A stretch of DNA of 63,928 bases, counting the filler, from Sluysia triapertura (taxonomy: Eukaryota): NCBI GenBank assembly GCA_046118255.1. It is 5 parts of 5 records of this genome, joined end to end, with 100 filler letters (N's around TTAATTAATTAA, not from the genome) between each part and the next. Parts side by side here need not be neighbours in the genome. Positions count along the whole stretch, not along the records: positions 1 to 10,921 come from JBJNIA010191496.1; positions 11,022 to 23,771 come from JBJNIA010084032.1; 3 more parts are not named here. One strand, written 5' to 3'. Made by a program: the position numbers and the translations under genes. Under the pieces are notes generated by a model that was given only the letters and a program-made list of their open reading frames with translations, was not told the DNA's origin and searched no databases. How positions within the stretch are numbered: position 1 is the first letter of the stretch; every line of letters starts with the position of its first letter. This document shows, one piece after another, positions 1 to 14,609 of the stretch.

Positions 1-1234
1 TTTTGTAAATTTTTTGAATAAAACTTAATAGACATTTGTGATTTTATTTAATAATTGAGTATTAAATTATTATAATCCGACCATCGTATATTTAGATTAT
101 AAGTTTAAGTTACCACGTTTGTCTTAACTTATATTATTACAGAAATGCCCTCTTTACAACGTAAGACGCTTACTGTAACCGGACTCTGCTCAATTTTCTA
201 TTTTGTTGTAGGTTTAAATCTAAGCATCAGTAAAAACCAAAGTATTATCATTATTGTCTTATTAATCTTAAAATTATTTGTTTATTATTGCCATTATTTT
301 GATCTTCGATTATTTTTTCTGTTCGCGTCTATTCATCACCGATTTCGACAATTAGTAAAGTCACATATTCGTAAATATAACTATTGCCGCACAACTATTG
401 CATGTTTTAAGTCGTTTACTGTAACTAACGGGATCCTGCTAAAATTTATTTCGTCTTATATTAAGAATAAGAAAAAACCACAGCAAAAGAAAGAAAAATA
501 TATTTTAAATCATTTTAATTTAGATTATACCTTAAGAAATTGTTTTAATAATGTTTAACAGATAATTCATTTAAAAATAAATAAATAATGAAACTCAGGA
601 AAAACATGAAATTGAAAATGTAAGAAACATACATTCAAAAGATAATAGTCACATTTTATTAGCCGAAATGGAGCTGCAGAATAAACAAGAATATCATAAA
701 GAGAGATATAAATGCAGCTACAATATAATGTAAAATTACTAACAGATAAATAAGTCGAGTAAAAATATTACTACAATTTTATTATAGAATGTGATTAATT
801 ATTATATGCAGAAAACTAGCGATACAGAAGTTCATTATACGAAAATACTTGAGTTTCATCTTATCACATTAAAATCGAAAAACCTAAAATACGAATCAAA
901 GTTTAGTTACCAGTTTTAGTAACACGTTAGATCTAAACCTTAGTAAATATGGTATATTTTATTTTTTATGAAATATTTGCACACACACTAAAACCAATTT
1001 TTATATTTCAAATATTGCAAACATTGATTTCTTTTGTTTACATGAATTCAAAAATATAATAAAGATTAATAAACAATTTTAATTTCGTAGAAATTTGTAG
1101 TGTTATGTTATAATGTAATTGTCATTATTGTTTTAAAAAAGCTTATTTTGTGAGTAAATATATGCTTTTTTAATACATTATGTGTATTTTAATCGAATTG
1201 GTCAAAGTACACACATTATAAATTATTTTATCTA

Positions 1235-1293
1235 CCAATCAAATTTTGTTACTATTTTAGTATTATTATAAATCGCAATAACAATAAATCAGT
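1235..1293 (+). promoter_or_regulatory. Putative Pol II core promoter of the USP gene
   Basis: CCAAT at 1235-1239, TATAAA at 1267-1272 and Inr-like TCAGT at 1289-1293, about 50 nt upstream of the ATG at 1345. The spacing is canonical, but motifs are weak evidence in AT-rich DNA. Confidence 0.4.
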
Positions 1294-1344
1294 TTAACTT
1301 TTCACAAATTAGTATACTTAAATTTTATTCATTAATGCAATAAG

Positions 1345-1556
1345 ATGTCATCTGAAACCGGACGAAAAATTGCGATTCCTCTCGATGGAAGTGAAAATAG
1401 TCGTCGTGCATTTGAATGGACATCGGAAAATATTGCAAAACCTAATGACACTATTGTACTGATACATGTTGTCGAACCACCAGTTTTAAATACTATTTCT
1501 TTATCATCTGGTATGAAATTGCCTACTGAGGAATGGGAAAAAAATATTACTGCAGG
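1345..1556 (+). CDS. Universal stress protein (UspA family), exon 1 only
   Basis: MSSETGRKIAIPLDGSENSRRAFEW...DTIVLIHVVEPP is the USP N-terminal signature (IxxxxDGSxxSxxAxxW...LxHV). Likely donor GG|GTTAGA at 1556/1557. Downstream exons with the GxRG...GSVS motif were not found. Confidence 0.85.
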
Positions 1557-1693
1557 GTTAGATTTATTCCTTAAGTAATAATAAACAATCTGACGATTCT
1601 ACGTGTAAAAAGAATTGAATTTATTTAATTTTAATAATCCTAAATTTTATTGTACATGTATTTTTGTATATAATAAAACACAATAAATTTTAA

Positions 1694-1980
1694 CCCATTC
1701 GCTGCTAACCACGAATATACTCATGGTTTGCAGGGTGTTACCTATTGTCAGCATGAATATACTCGTGCTACTTTCAATATATTATAAAGTGCAACTTGTG
1801 AAGCTTGCAAACCTTTTATGATCACAAACATAAATATACAAGTTTAAAAACTTGAAAAAAAGCTACAAATAAATTGTTTTTACAAAGATTAAAAATATGT
1901 ATATTTATCTTGAGTATAGTAACAAAACAGAAATGGCAAAGCGAGTAACTTCATACAATTTAAGCTTGCCAGCGAATGAG
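1694..1980. mobile_element. piggyBac-type MITE (287 bp) in the USP intron
   Basis: TTAA on both sides (1690-1693, 1981-1984). TIRs CCCATTCGCTGCTAA versus reverse complement CTCATTCGCTGGCAA. Subterminal GAATATACTC repeats. Confidence 0.8.
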
Positions 1981-3518
1981 TTAATGTGATAATAAAATCT
2001 TAATTATTTTCCAAATTTTAGGCATCACTTTATAATTATTGTCATGAAAGTTTATTGATTTAATTTTCTATTAGTCACAACTATTCTACATATTATTTGT
2101 ATAAAGAAAAGTATGTATATAAGATTATTTTGTTTTCTTAACATTTTAATATTTTAGTTGATTATTACATTAGTTAAAGTGGTTAAATTTTTAATCAGAA
2201 AAAAACTACTTATAAAGTATCAAAATTAATAAACTATATAAAATAATTTATGAAATATATAAATTAATATGGTTTTAGAAATAAAGTAGAAACAAATTTA
2301 TTTAATAAGCGATCATTTTATAAAGGCAAGTATTGTGAAATTGATGTGAAATAATTGCTTATATTGTGTGTAATAAACACATAAAAATTATTACTCTTAA
2401 TAATTGAACTTACAAAAATACAATATATATTCAAAAAAATAAAAAGCGTACATTTTGAGATAGAAATACCTAAACAATATAATTTTAGTTTAATGTTTCA
2501 ATAAAATAACACATTCTTATTTTAAACATATTAAATTGTAATTGAATAAAATAATTCCACAATAATCAATATTTCCAGACTATATTTCTTTAAAAAAGTT
2601 TATCCAAAATATTGTTAATAATTTATTACCAATAATACTATCCAAACCAAATGTAATGATATGTTCAATGTATTGATTATTTTCATAAAATTTTGTGCAG
2701 CAACAAACAAACAAACAAATAAAATTAAAGTTTGCCTGTAAAAAGATTTTGCTTATAATTTGTATATAATAAATTTTAATTATTTGTTTAGTAGTTCGCA
2801 GAAATAAAATGATTACTATATTTTGCATATTACCTTTACTTATTAACTACCCTTAATTTAGAAATATATGACCTTATTTTTATGCTCAGTATAATTGTAT
2901 TTAAATTTGTCATTATGTCATTATTTTCGTGATTTTATGCTTTATGTTAATTGTACTTCTAACATATCGTAGCGTAATATAAATATTTTCCGTTAAAAAT
3001 TATTCTTACTTACAAATAATTCGATAAATAATACAAAATGATGTGTGCATATATTTTATTAAATAAAAACGAAACTAATCGAATAAAAAATATTAATATT
3101 CAAATGCAAATATAATGTTAATTTTTTATTTGAATATAACCTTTTCATAATATTATTACCTACAGAAAAGTTAAGTTAAAAATGATTTTATGTAGTTTAA
3201 GATAATTGAAGATAATTAAATTATGTTAACTAATTTTCAATCTTTATATATAATTAATAGTTTGTATTAATAATTAGTAGTCAGTATTTGCTTATTAATT
3301 ATAATTATTATAGTTCAGAATGTTGTCCAACAAACGACAGACAAAATGAATACATTTATAAATCGACGAATCATTTATAAATCTTTTTGAATCATGAAAA
3401 CAATAATCATTAATTGATTTTTAAGAACTGATTGATCACATTGTCGGTATTCGGTAAAAGTATGGAAAACTTAATTAGTATAGTCATTTACCGATGATGC
3501 ATTAATTAATGCTGTACA

Positions 3519-3580
<62 letters not shown>
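3519..3580. repeat. (AAT)n microsatellite
   Basis: Interrupted AAT run. Similar runs at about 3983-4023, 5243-5330, 16017-16070, 18393-18451 and 20693-20758; (AAAT)n at about 41448-41485. Confidence 0.95.
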
Positions 3581-3585
<5 letters not shown>

Positions 3586-3980
3586 TATGTGAAAAGTTAT
3601 ATATTAACAAATTATATTATATTTTGTAATAAAACAACTAACACATAATCTGAAAACCAACTTAATGATCATGAAATTATAAATAAAATAAAATCAATGT
3701 ATTTGAATAATTTTATAATGTTCGTAGATCAAGAAGTAAACAAAAGAAAATAAAAAGAGAAAGCAAGAAGAGGAACTTGCCGAACTTAAATAAAGATTAG
3801 ATAGAAAGTTATGGATCAGACTCTATTGTTGGAAGAACGAAAAACCCTATAATATAATTAAATTACGCATAAAGAAAAACGAAGACTATCAAACATAAAC
3901 TATCACAAACCCAAACATAAATACTGAATGATTGTATATAACGTCAAGGTATAAACATTAATACAAATAAAAATAATATT

Positions 3981-4025
<45 letters not shown>

Positions 4026-4574
4026 GATAATAATGTGACGCCAAATCAGGTATATATAAGGCATCGAGTTACCTAGCATTGGGACTGGTTTGAGCGATCT
4101 AATTGGTTGATTACGCTGGATAAATGTTGTGGTTTATTTTTGAATCAATCAGGAAAAATAATTTTCCAAGTAAGGCAATGTTTTTGTATGACATATCTTA
4201 AAATATTACACGGGTTATTAATTAAAACAAGAAGATAAATCAAAATCATGACAGTAATGCATAAATGCTCATTACGGAAATCCTCAATCTCTTGGTAATA
4301 ATAAGTAGTCTATACCATATCCAGAGTGATAATAAGATAGATAATAGTTTACATAACTTTTAGGTTTCAAACATATGCAACCAACTACGAAAAAATGTAA
4401 AATCTCTGAAATGCTAGAAGATATTTCAAACGAAGGCAAAAGTAGAATAATCTACTTTAAATGTTTTTGAGAATTTATTAGAATATACAAAATAATAATC
4501 ATTATTAGTGTAACGAATAACGAATAATGCTCATTTTCACGTGTATTTTAATTCTAAAATAAAATATTATAAAA

Positions 4575-5105
4575 AATTGAGATCATAATGCTTTTGTATT
4601 AATTTAAAGTGCGATTACACAGAGATAGTATTAATTCAAAATTTAGTAACAAATGACAATAAATTTTAAATTGAAATTGTATAAAGACAACATTAATTTT
4701 ACATTTACAAACATTAAACCTTACTATTACAATCAATAAAATCATTTTAAAATAAGAATTAATAAAAATAATATGAAATCAAATTTTGAGATCGAAATCA
4801 AATTCGATCAAAATCATTTTAAAATATGATTTAAAATAGTTTGTAAATAAAACGAAATCATGTTAAATTAAGATTGTATAAAAACAATATGAAATTAAAA
4901 TTTAAAAGCATTATGATCGATCGAAATTATTATAAAATTAGATTCTGTGAATAATATGAAAACGTTATATTTAAAATTGGTATAATACAAAATTAAAATC
5001 ATTTTAATTTTCACCATAATATTAATAAAATAAAATTATTTTAAAATAAGAATTCGAAATTACAAAATAAAATATTCATATTTTATTATTATTAGTTTTA
5101 TTATT
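4575..5105 (+). repeat. Dispersed AT-rich repeat, copy A
   Basis: Collinear with about 9440-9930 (for example tcaaaatttagtaa.aaat.acaat.attttaaattgaaattgtata and aaattagattctgtgaataatatgaaaac). Confidence 0.8.
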
Positions 5106-5240
5106 ATTAAATAATTATAATTTTTATTACTGACTACTTATTATTATTGGTTTTATTAATTTGATTAATTTTATATGAACGATTAATATCATATAAACCA
5201 CTAGTATTATAATTTTTATTACAGACTATTAATACAAACG

Positions 5241-5289
<49 letters not shown>

Positions 5290-8200
5290 TTATTTTTATT
5301 TTTATTATTATTATTATTATTGTTATTATTGAATGTAATATAATTTGTATTACTTTAATTTTATGATTAAATTTTGAATATAATATAATTTTTATTAAAG
5401 ACTATTAATATAAACGATTACGATTATTGAATGTAACTTATTATTAATTTTATAAGCCAAAAATAGATATAAATAGACCGTTGAAAAATATAAAATTCAC
5501 TACAATATTTTAAAATCTCTTTGGGGTTGTAAACCTCAACAAAAATTGAGGTTATTCAAGATTATTCGCCGATTACATTGTTGTTATTATACTGATTATT
5601 CTGCGGTTATTACTTAAGAGAGGTTTATAATTTTTAAGTAACGAATTAAGGTAAATATTTTGTTAAATATTTTTTGGCTAAATACTGTATATTTTAAATA
5701 TTTTTGCTTTAACCTGTTAAAGTATAACATACTTTTAATATTCATTTGTATAACTTAATCATATTATTTAAATAATATTTTGCCACTCTTTTATTCATAT
5801 TAAAAGGGATTGAAAAATAGACCCTAGAAAATAAAATAAAGTTCCTAAGAAGTAAACCACAGTTGTAAGATAAAATAAGGTTGTTACGATAAAACAAATT
5901 AAAGCTTTACTAAGTAAAAAATAGTCGAATACGACTCATAAATAAAAATAAAAATAAATAAAGTTCAATTGACTCTAGGTAAAATAGAAATTTAAGTAAA
6001 GAAAATTTATAAATTTTTTGTCAAGCAATTTCATCTCGAATAACTGAGACGAGTATACGACTCGCGACATTAAACGATAAATACTTCTGATTGAATTAAA
6101 TTTTAAATAAAGTAGGTGAATTAGTGAATCATTATTAATTGTATCGATTTAACTAAAAGAACTCAACGTAGAATAACCAGCTAAAAACATTTATTCAAAC
6201 AATTAACTAACTAATAAAATAATTTTTATATTATTATTATTATTTTTTTTATCAACTATTTGTTTTGTGAATAATTTAAAATTAATGTAAATTTATTTAT
6301 TTTATTCATCTAATGTAAATGAAGTAAAAATAAGGATAAAAATACTTATCAAATATAAGTAATTACAATTTTGATATATATAATTAATTATCAATTTTAT
6401 CAATAATATAACTTTCAAGATTAAATATAAAATCAATCTTTAATTTATTTTTATTAATAATTTTTAATATATTAGTGATGATTTGGGAATTTTTCAATTG
6501 TGGAATCATTTATTATTATTTATATTTATAATCATCATTTATGGAATCATTTATTATTATTTATATTCATCATCACCACCACTACTACCACACTGTATAT
6601 ATGACTTTAAAATGAAAATAATTTTTCTAACTCTTAAATCAACGACAAAATAAAATTGAGCAGGGCGACAGGATGTGTAGGCGTGCTTATAACAATGACA
6701 ATAATCAATAATTTGCAATATTCAGAGACTAGTACATATGATACTGTATGAATTCATCTGTTATATTACAATAATATGCTTTTTTTCCTCAAAAACTAAG
6801 GATTAATAACGTATATCTTGAAACATTCTAATATTCGAATTTAGATATCGATTATCTTAACTTTTCGTTAGAGTTTTATATGCCTGTGTAAACTGGTCAA
6901 GTTTTTAACAAAATTCAAAAAGCAATTTAAAACGACAATTAATATTTTTAACAAATATGGATAAAAATGGTTACACGAAATTAGATAAACAATATGAAAG
7001 AGAATACAATGTACAAATCTGTGAAATAATGTAGAGAAAAAATGGAAAAATTATTATTTTAGCTTATTAACTTTAGCTTCAAATTAAGACCCTAGAGCAA
7101 TTTTAGATCTCATTAAATTGGACGAAAACTAAATTAAAGAAATATTTTGTGTATCTTAACGTATTATTAAACGTATTAAATAACATTTTGTCAAATTGAC
7201 TTGTATAACAGTAAAAATTTTAAATGAGAATTTGATTTATGTACTTGATTGAAAATGGTCCTATTTATATGATAGTTTTCGACCAATTATTTTCTTTCTA
7301 CATTTAATTTTTGTATCAAAAAATTTAATATTCCACTTATTTTTATAAGTGATTTAAATTGAAAATATTTTTTTAATATACTTTATTTTAAAAACTTTTA
7401 CTTGTTATCTACTCATTTTAATGAGCAGATAATTTATTATTAATATTTAAATTTTATTATTTGTATTTAATTATTATGATTATTATTATTATTTAATTAT
7501 TTAATTTATTTAAATTATTTAATTTAAATTTTAAAGATGCTATTATTATTTGTTGTAATTCGAATTCGAAATATATAATAGATTGAAATTACTTTAGCAA
7601 TGAGTTTGCTTAAAAGCAAACAATTATTTTTAGTTAATTTTGTATTATTTTATCAATAGATTATCCCTTTTTTACATTATCAGGTTGTTGAAATTTAACA
7701 AATTTTTCAACATTTCTGGGGTTCAGTTTAAAACCTAGTTTCGATATTATGTGACCTAAAAATTCAAGTTGTTCTACCCAAATCCATTTAATAGGTTTAC
7801 GACATTAATTTCACTTATGTGTGAGTATTAGATGCTTTAGAATATATAATTATATCATGAATATATTACATTTTTACATCCGGAAAGGGCAAAATTCATA
7901 CAATGTTGGAATGTTGTGGTGTTCCATTAAAACGATATGACGTTTTTTCAGATTCATATAATGCATCAATACAATACAATGTTTTCCAAAATGGTGAACT
8001 GCCTAACTTATCCTACATTTCATTTATTTTCAATGGTGCGCAAACATTTTTAGTTATTTAATTCTAAAATCATTACAAAGTCGCATAGAGGAAAGCGAAG
8101 AGAAGCTTGGTCTTATTACTCTTACCTTCTTCAGAGCATCTATTGGATCTTTCATTAAGTTTTGATTAAGAGTGGAATTCTATAAAGTTTGTGAAAGGAG

Positions 8201-9439
8201 TTTCCAGTTTGATGTCGTCTTTTAATTTAGTAGGAGGATGTTTGGCACAGAAAGATTTGATAATTAATGTTGAATTAATTATGAATTAATGTTGATGTGA
8301 AGGCATACATTTAAGGAATTCTCGGGATTGATGTATATTACTCTATTTTGATGAAAGCGAACTAATACAGAAATGATTGAGATTATGTGGAACTAATTTG
8401 AAGCATAAGAACGAATTAGTTTACAAGTGTTTGGTGGAATTAATACATCGTCTTTACTTCGCTCAATAACTCTAGGGTATCTGGATAAAACTTGAGAATT
8501 AATTATCACTTTAATAGATAGTTCTGTTTTGAAAATACAGATTATATTTTCAATACTTTGTCGTATGAGTTACTCGTCACTACGTAACCAATCTTAAAAA
8601 CTTTTAGTTTAGCGAATATTATCTCTTAAACTTTTCATATTACTGTAATATCGTTATATGATATTCTTTTAACAGTAGCAATAGTACTTGTAAATTTTGA
8701 ATTACGCAATTCATCAATCTCGAAAACACATTTTCTAATAAATCTAACTGGGGTTTTTAGAGTGGACCAATTTCTTAATCGAGTAACAATCGGTGGCAAA
8801 TTTTCTTGTTGATTACAATGATCACTTATACCATCACTTGAATCAGGATTACAATTAAAGGTTTTCTGAAATATATTTCCTTTAGGTTTTAGAACTTTTG
8901 AAGTTTTAACAGCATTTAGGTGCTTTAATTTCATCTATTATATATTTGTAATCTTTATTCTTTTCCATTATAATATCTCGGTGGAGATTTATAGCGACAT
9001 TTCTTGGTTTGTTTTCGAAGACAACATTAATATCGGATTAAGCTTTATAATATAGACATTTCTTAATTCTACACCAGCATGTAGCGATTTATCTTCTTTG
9101 ATGATTGATGAATGATAATATGATAGATATTAAATTAGCAAATTCTGACATCTAATTTTTCTGGAATAAATTTAGATGATACAAAAGTAAATTTGACCTG
9201 CAATAACCTATTTGTGTTCCTTAACATTACATAACGAACTTTACGAAGAAGCCACATAGTTTTCTCTTGAATTACATCGTCCTCACCACCACCACCACCA
9301 TCATTATCATCAGTGAACCTATTAGTTTAACTATCCAATAGTTTATTGGAATCTAAAATAGCATGATTAAACTGCTATAATGCGTTTGTAAACATATGCC
9401 TAATAATTATAATCCATAATATTTTTGCATAGAATATTT

Positions 9440-9930
9440 TAAATTGAGATCACGTAGAGGTAATAGAAAATCAAAATTTAGTAATAAATAACAATCATTT
9501 TAAATTGAAATTGTATAGAGATGATATGAATTTAAACATTAAACTTTGTCATTACAGTTAGTTAAATAAATAAAATTATGTTAAATTATGATTAAATAAA
9601 ACGAATATGAAATTAAAATTTAATAACATTACGATCGATCTAAATGATTTTAAAAGACGATTTAAAATATTTTGTAAATGAAACAAAATTATGTTAAATT
9701 AAGATTGCATAAAAATAATATAAAATCAAAATTATTTTAAAATTAGATTCTGTGAATAATATGAAAACATTATATTCATAATTAACATAATACAAAATTA
9801 AAATCATCTTAATTTTCACCACAATATTCATAAAATAAAATCATTAAAAAACAAAATTAGAAATTACAATAATTTAAGTCAAAAAACAAAAACATAGTTT
9901 TCATATCGCATTATTATCAGTTTTATTACT
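9440..9930 (+). repeat. Dispersed AT-rich repeat, copy B
   Basis: Direct, diverged copy of 4575-5105. Confidence 0.8.
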
Positions 9931-10921
9931 TTGATTAAATTTATTTTTATTTGACTAATTAATACAAACGATTTTTATTGTATAATTTTTAATTTTATGA
10001 TATACAAACGACTAGCATTACAATTTTTATTACTGGCTATTTAATATTTAATGATATTAAATGAGTGTGTTTAAATATGCAATTTATTAAAAATAAAGAA
10101 ATTTTTTCTTGCTAATCTTAAACGAATTCCAACAATTAAAATGCTACTAAATGAAATAGTTATACTTAAGAAACCCATGATATAATTTTAATATATTTAT
10201 ATTATATGATAGCAAATTCAAGAATTAAATCGAAGATTTAAACGATAGATATGCAGAAATTAATTACTGTTAAATTGAATTCTGTTAGATTGACATTTTT
10301 GAGTTTCTCTTTTAAAATTGGTATTCGTTTTTGTTTGAGCTTTTAAGGTCAATTCTCCAAATAAAATATGCAAAAAGTTCGCCTGGCATTAAGACGGCTT
10401 GAAATTTAAAAATAAAATAAATTTATAATGAAAATCTGATGGACACAAATAAGTGATAAAAAATTTAACATCGTCAGGAGTAGTCCTAAATCATTTAAAA
10501 TAGGTTTTGAATCTCTTAACTAATTACTAATAATTACAAATAATTACTAATACTTTGTATAAAGTGAAAAAAGCACTACATAAATCAAATTCGTAATCAA
10601 AACAGTATAAGAATATGTTTGGCAAAATCGAAATTTCACAAAGTAAACTAAATCATAATATAAAGTTAGAAAAACGTATAAAGCCTAATCAAGTGTGAGT
10701 TTCAAATTTCATACATCAAATATAAAGCTTATCGAGATATAAAACATATAAGAAAATTAAAATTTATATCATAAATTAAACGATGTAGTTGTTAAACATA
10801 ATATTCTATCATAATATTTTTAATAAAATATATTAACATAATATTTTTAATAACATTCTTAATATTAATAAATTTATAATATTTTAATACTTTTTTAATA
10901 ATTTTAATTAGCTAACATAAT

Positions 10922-11021
10922 NNNNNNNNNNNNNNNNNNNNNNNNNNNNNNNNNNNNNNNNNNNNTTAATTAATTAANNNNNNNNNNNNNNNNNNNNNNN
11001 NNNNNNNNNNNNNNNNNNNNN
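10922..11021. other. Artificial contig linker
   Basis: 44 N + TTAATTAATTAA (stops in all six frames) + 44 N. Confidence 0.98.
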
Positions 11022-11580
11022 TGATTTGTATAATTGTTATATAAGAATATATCGAGATTTAGTTTTATTTGATTTTAGTTATTAAAAAGGGATATTAAAA
11101 AACGAAGAAACACAACACTTTAAAAGTTTTTTAATTAAAATTTACTTTTTTTTACATTTAAATCTTATTGTGTGATTAGGAGACTTTTTGTAGAATTTAA
11201 CGAGATGTTAAAGAAATTCCGGTTTGATTACAGTGATTTTTTACTTGTGATGCTATATTGGTTTTAAAAGGTGGATTTAATATTTTTTATCGATGGTAAT
11301 AATTGAGTGTTAAAAAATTGTGAAATAAAAATGTTTTGGATTAATAATGAAATAGATATTTGATAACTTAAGATATAATTGTGATTGTAATGTTGTGGGG
11401 TAATTGTTGGGGTTGTCGAAAAATAAAATGACCGAAAGAATATTGCAGCTTCAAGGTAGAGAGATCAATATTTTATAAAAATTTTCCAAAAAATTTGTAA
11501 GTATATTAATTAATTAACTTAATTAGAATTGTTTGAAAATCATTTTTAATCAATAATTTTTCTTATGATATTTGCGTGGA

Positions 11581-12835
11581 TGTGGGTATCACATAATAAA
11601 ATACAATTATGAAATGTATTAATGTTATGAACAGCAAGATCGTATGAAACACGTCAACGTGAATAGCGTAAAATCATTATTTTAAATTAATTTTTTTATT
11701 ATAAAGTTAAATTTCTACGTATTATGATGAGCATACATAATAAAAGTACATATCAAATTGATGCTCATTAAGAAACCATTCTAAATATGTTATTTGTGAG
11801 GATTATGTGTTAAAAAGATTTAATTTAAAGTACTACTTATCTTATTGTGAGTCTTCTATGATACTGGACTTATACACTTAAGGGCCAGCACACAGATTTT
11901 TGCAGTTTTTTTAGTTAAAAATGGAATCTGGAGGTTTATTTATTTTAATCTTAATCTTTTGTTGAATATTATAAAAGTTATTATAAAAGTTATTATTTGA
12001 TATTTGTTATACAAGAATAATGATTATAATTTTTACACATGTTTTAATATGATATGAATCGTAATAATAATAACGATTGTTCATGATAGTTAGATGTGAT
12101 GGTCGTGTTTATTTTTAAATGAGTTTAGTAGTTCGTTTGATAGTTTGTGTATATGTTAAGTGTTTTTATGCGATGAAATGTGATGAATTTTATGTAATGA
12201 ATTCCCTACATAAGCCCCCCTTTGAGACGCGAAGCGTAAAGGCAGAGTGAAAGAGACCTTTTTAACGTTGTCGATTGTTCTTACAGGTTCTCTTTTGTTA
12301 AATAGTTGAACAGTAGCTCCGGTATCAAAAGTTACTGACTTAATCGCTTTGTTCGGGTCATTTAATTTGTTGTCTATTAGAATCGTTGCCGGTTTGATTT
12401 TGCACAAATTGACTGTTCAATCTTGTCCAGCGATTGAGATAACAGCGGTTTGATTCTCTTTGTTTATTTTTATAACTCTGTACGGGCCGGTATATCTTGG
12501 CTGCAGCGAATGAGGATTTTCTATAATCAACCAGACATATTCGCTATCGGTTATACTTTGCGGAATGTATACACGCGATGCATTGTTGTGTACTGGTGAT
12601 TTGTTTAGATCATTGAAGTATTCTCTCAGATGTTTAGAGAAAGTATGTTCTTTTGGCATTGCCGTATCGAATAATTCGTGTGGTAATCTTGTACTTGTAC
12701 CAAACACGATTTGAGCAGGGGAATATCCAGTAGATGAATGAAGGATATTTCTCCAACCGAGTAGTATGAGAGGTAGTGCATCTGACCAATTATGTTTAAT
12801 TGAAAGTGATCGCAAAGAACTTTTAAGTGTGCGAT
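11581..12835 (-). mobile_element. Ty3/Gypsy 3' remnant: integrase C-terminus, PPT and 3' LTR
   Basis: NWSDALPLILLGWRN...TGYSPAQIVFG...LQPRYTGPYRVI (GPY/F motif) at 12417-12815. PPT AAAGGGGGGCTTA followed by LTR start TGTAGGGAA at 12210. The LTR far end (about 11581, CCCACA) is tentative. Confidence 0.85.
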
Positions 12836-14366
12836 ATAATATTTATTAATATTAAAGAAATTCAATTTAGGGCTTGTCCCCGTGATTACAAAATAAATAT
12901 TATTATATTAGGGCGTGACATCCATTTTGACTTCAATTTTCTATAAAAGCGTATATGCACTCAAACCACTCACAAAATTTATTGACAAAAAGGCAAACAA
13001 AATTTACAAAATAATTCGAAATAGAAAAGTTAGAAGACGAACTACAAAGGCATATATTAAGTCGATTGATTTACAACTCTACAACGAGTTTGTCTTTATT
13101 GATTGAAACGAGTTGGTGACAAGTCCTTTATTTGAAATAGATAACATCATTCGAAATCGAAATTATTCAGAAACTCTATTTGACAGATAATTTTTATCTT
13201 TTGCTCTAGAGTTAATCGTAAATCTGTTACTTTAGAATTTTTCTTGCCTAAAATACAGGGAAACTTTAAACACTTTTGCTAGTAGCGTTAAGCTACCATA
13301 AAATAAAATATTAAAATCGTGATATAAAATAATTTTTTTGGCTAATACTCTAAATTGTTGTGCTTGTGATTATAATTTTTGTTTTTTTTCTATAAGTACA
13401 ACTTTGTATAATTTATATAGTGCACACGTGTTTTGTTTTAAATAACGTTGATATATAATATATTTTTGTGAATAAATTTTGGTTTTGTGAAAATGATTAA
13501 TAATAATAATAACATAATAAATTGTGATTATAATAGGAATATAAACGTATAAACCTTAGCTCTTTAATTGTCATAGGTTTAATCTTAAGTGCAGATGTGC
13601 TAGTTGACATAAGTAAATGAAAATATAAAATAAATAAAAAATAATCTCATCACTTTTTGAGAAAATTTATTCAAAAATTATTCAATCTAATGTAATTAAA
13701 TACTGTATGGTGCATTCCAAGGTTATTTAAAACCTTTACTAGAGGCGAACCCATCATCATATCTAGTTATATTTGCAATAAGTTCATTATTAATAAAGAA
13801 ATTATCTTAGAAAAGTATATAATTAAGATTTCGCATTTATATAATATAACGTAACGTAAATTAATATATTGATAGAGTCACGCATACTTAAAAATTGTTT
13901 AAAGGGTTCTTAAAATTCTATAGGCCTGTCCACTATAAGGTCACAAGTCATTTACTACAACAGCACACACTAAATATTTATTTTGCGTAGGTCAAAATTC
14001 TATAAAATAAGTTCAGATATTTTATTTTTTATTATACAATATAAATAAAATGTTTATTAAATTTAGTTTTGCAAATAAATCGTTTTTAGGTTATACCTTG
14101 TTTTAAGTTTATGAAACAAAAAGATCACCTGGTCCCAATTATTACGAAAAGGCAATCTTATCTATTACACACTACTAGTGACATACTAGTTGTTGTGATA
14201 TAAATTGAAATTTATGATTTAGAATTTTTGAATTGAAATAAATTCTTACATTTTTAGGTTTTATTTTTATATAATCATTAAAGTTAAAAAATTTATTTTT
14301 AAATTTAATTAATTCACAATTTCTTTTAGTATAAATTGAACAACAAAAACGATTAATATATTTTAT

Positions 14367-14470
14367 ATCTATATTTAAAAATTTAATGACGATTATTCTT
14401 AAAGTTTGTTTCTTGCACATCTATATTTAAAAATTTAATGACGATTATTCTTAAAGTTTGTTTCTTGCAC
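14367..14470. repeat. Perfect 52-bp tandem duplication
   Basis: atctatatttaaaaatttaatgacgattattcttaaagtttgtttcttgcac occurs twice. Confidence 0.95.
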
Positions 14471-14609
14471 ATCATTTCCTTTGCATTTTTCGTGATCGAG
14501 CTTGTTATCGTTGAAAGATCTTTCGCTTAATGATGAAATCACTTGTTGTATCAATTGCTTGTGATTCACTAACTGTGACATCCACATTAAGTTATCCGAT
14601 ATATCAGCC

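Noticed and set aside
145-558. 137-aa plus-strand ORF
   Set aside because: No recognisable motif and low-complexity composition. Minus-strand exon readings also hit stops.
5710-6080. Possible piggyBac MITE (GAGTATACGACTC repeats)
   Set aside because: Termini too degenerate; no matching TIR/TTAA pair.
10966-10977. Recurrent TTAATTAATTAA as a biological repeat or CRISPR-like unit
   Set aside because: Always centred in 44+44 N, so it is an artificial linker.
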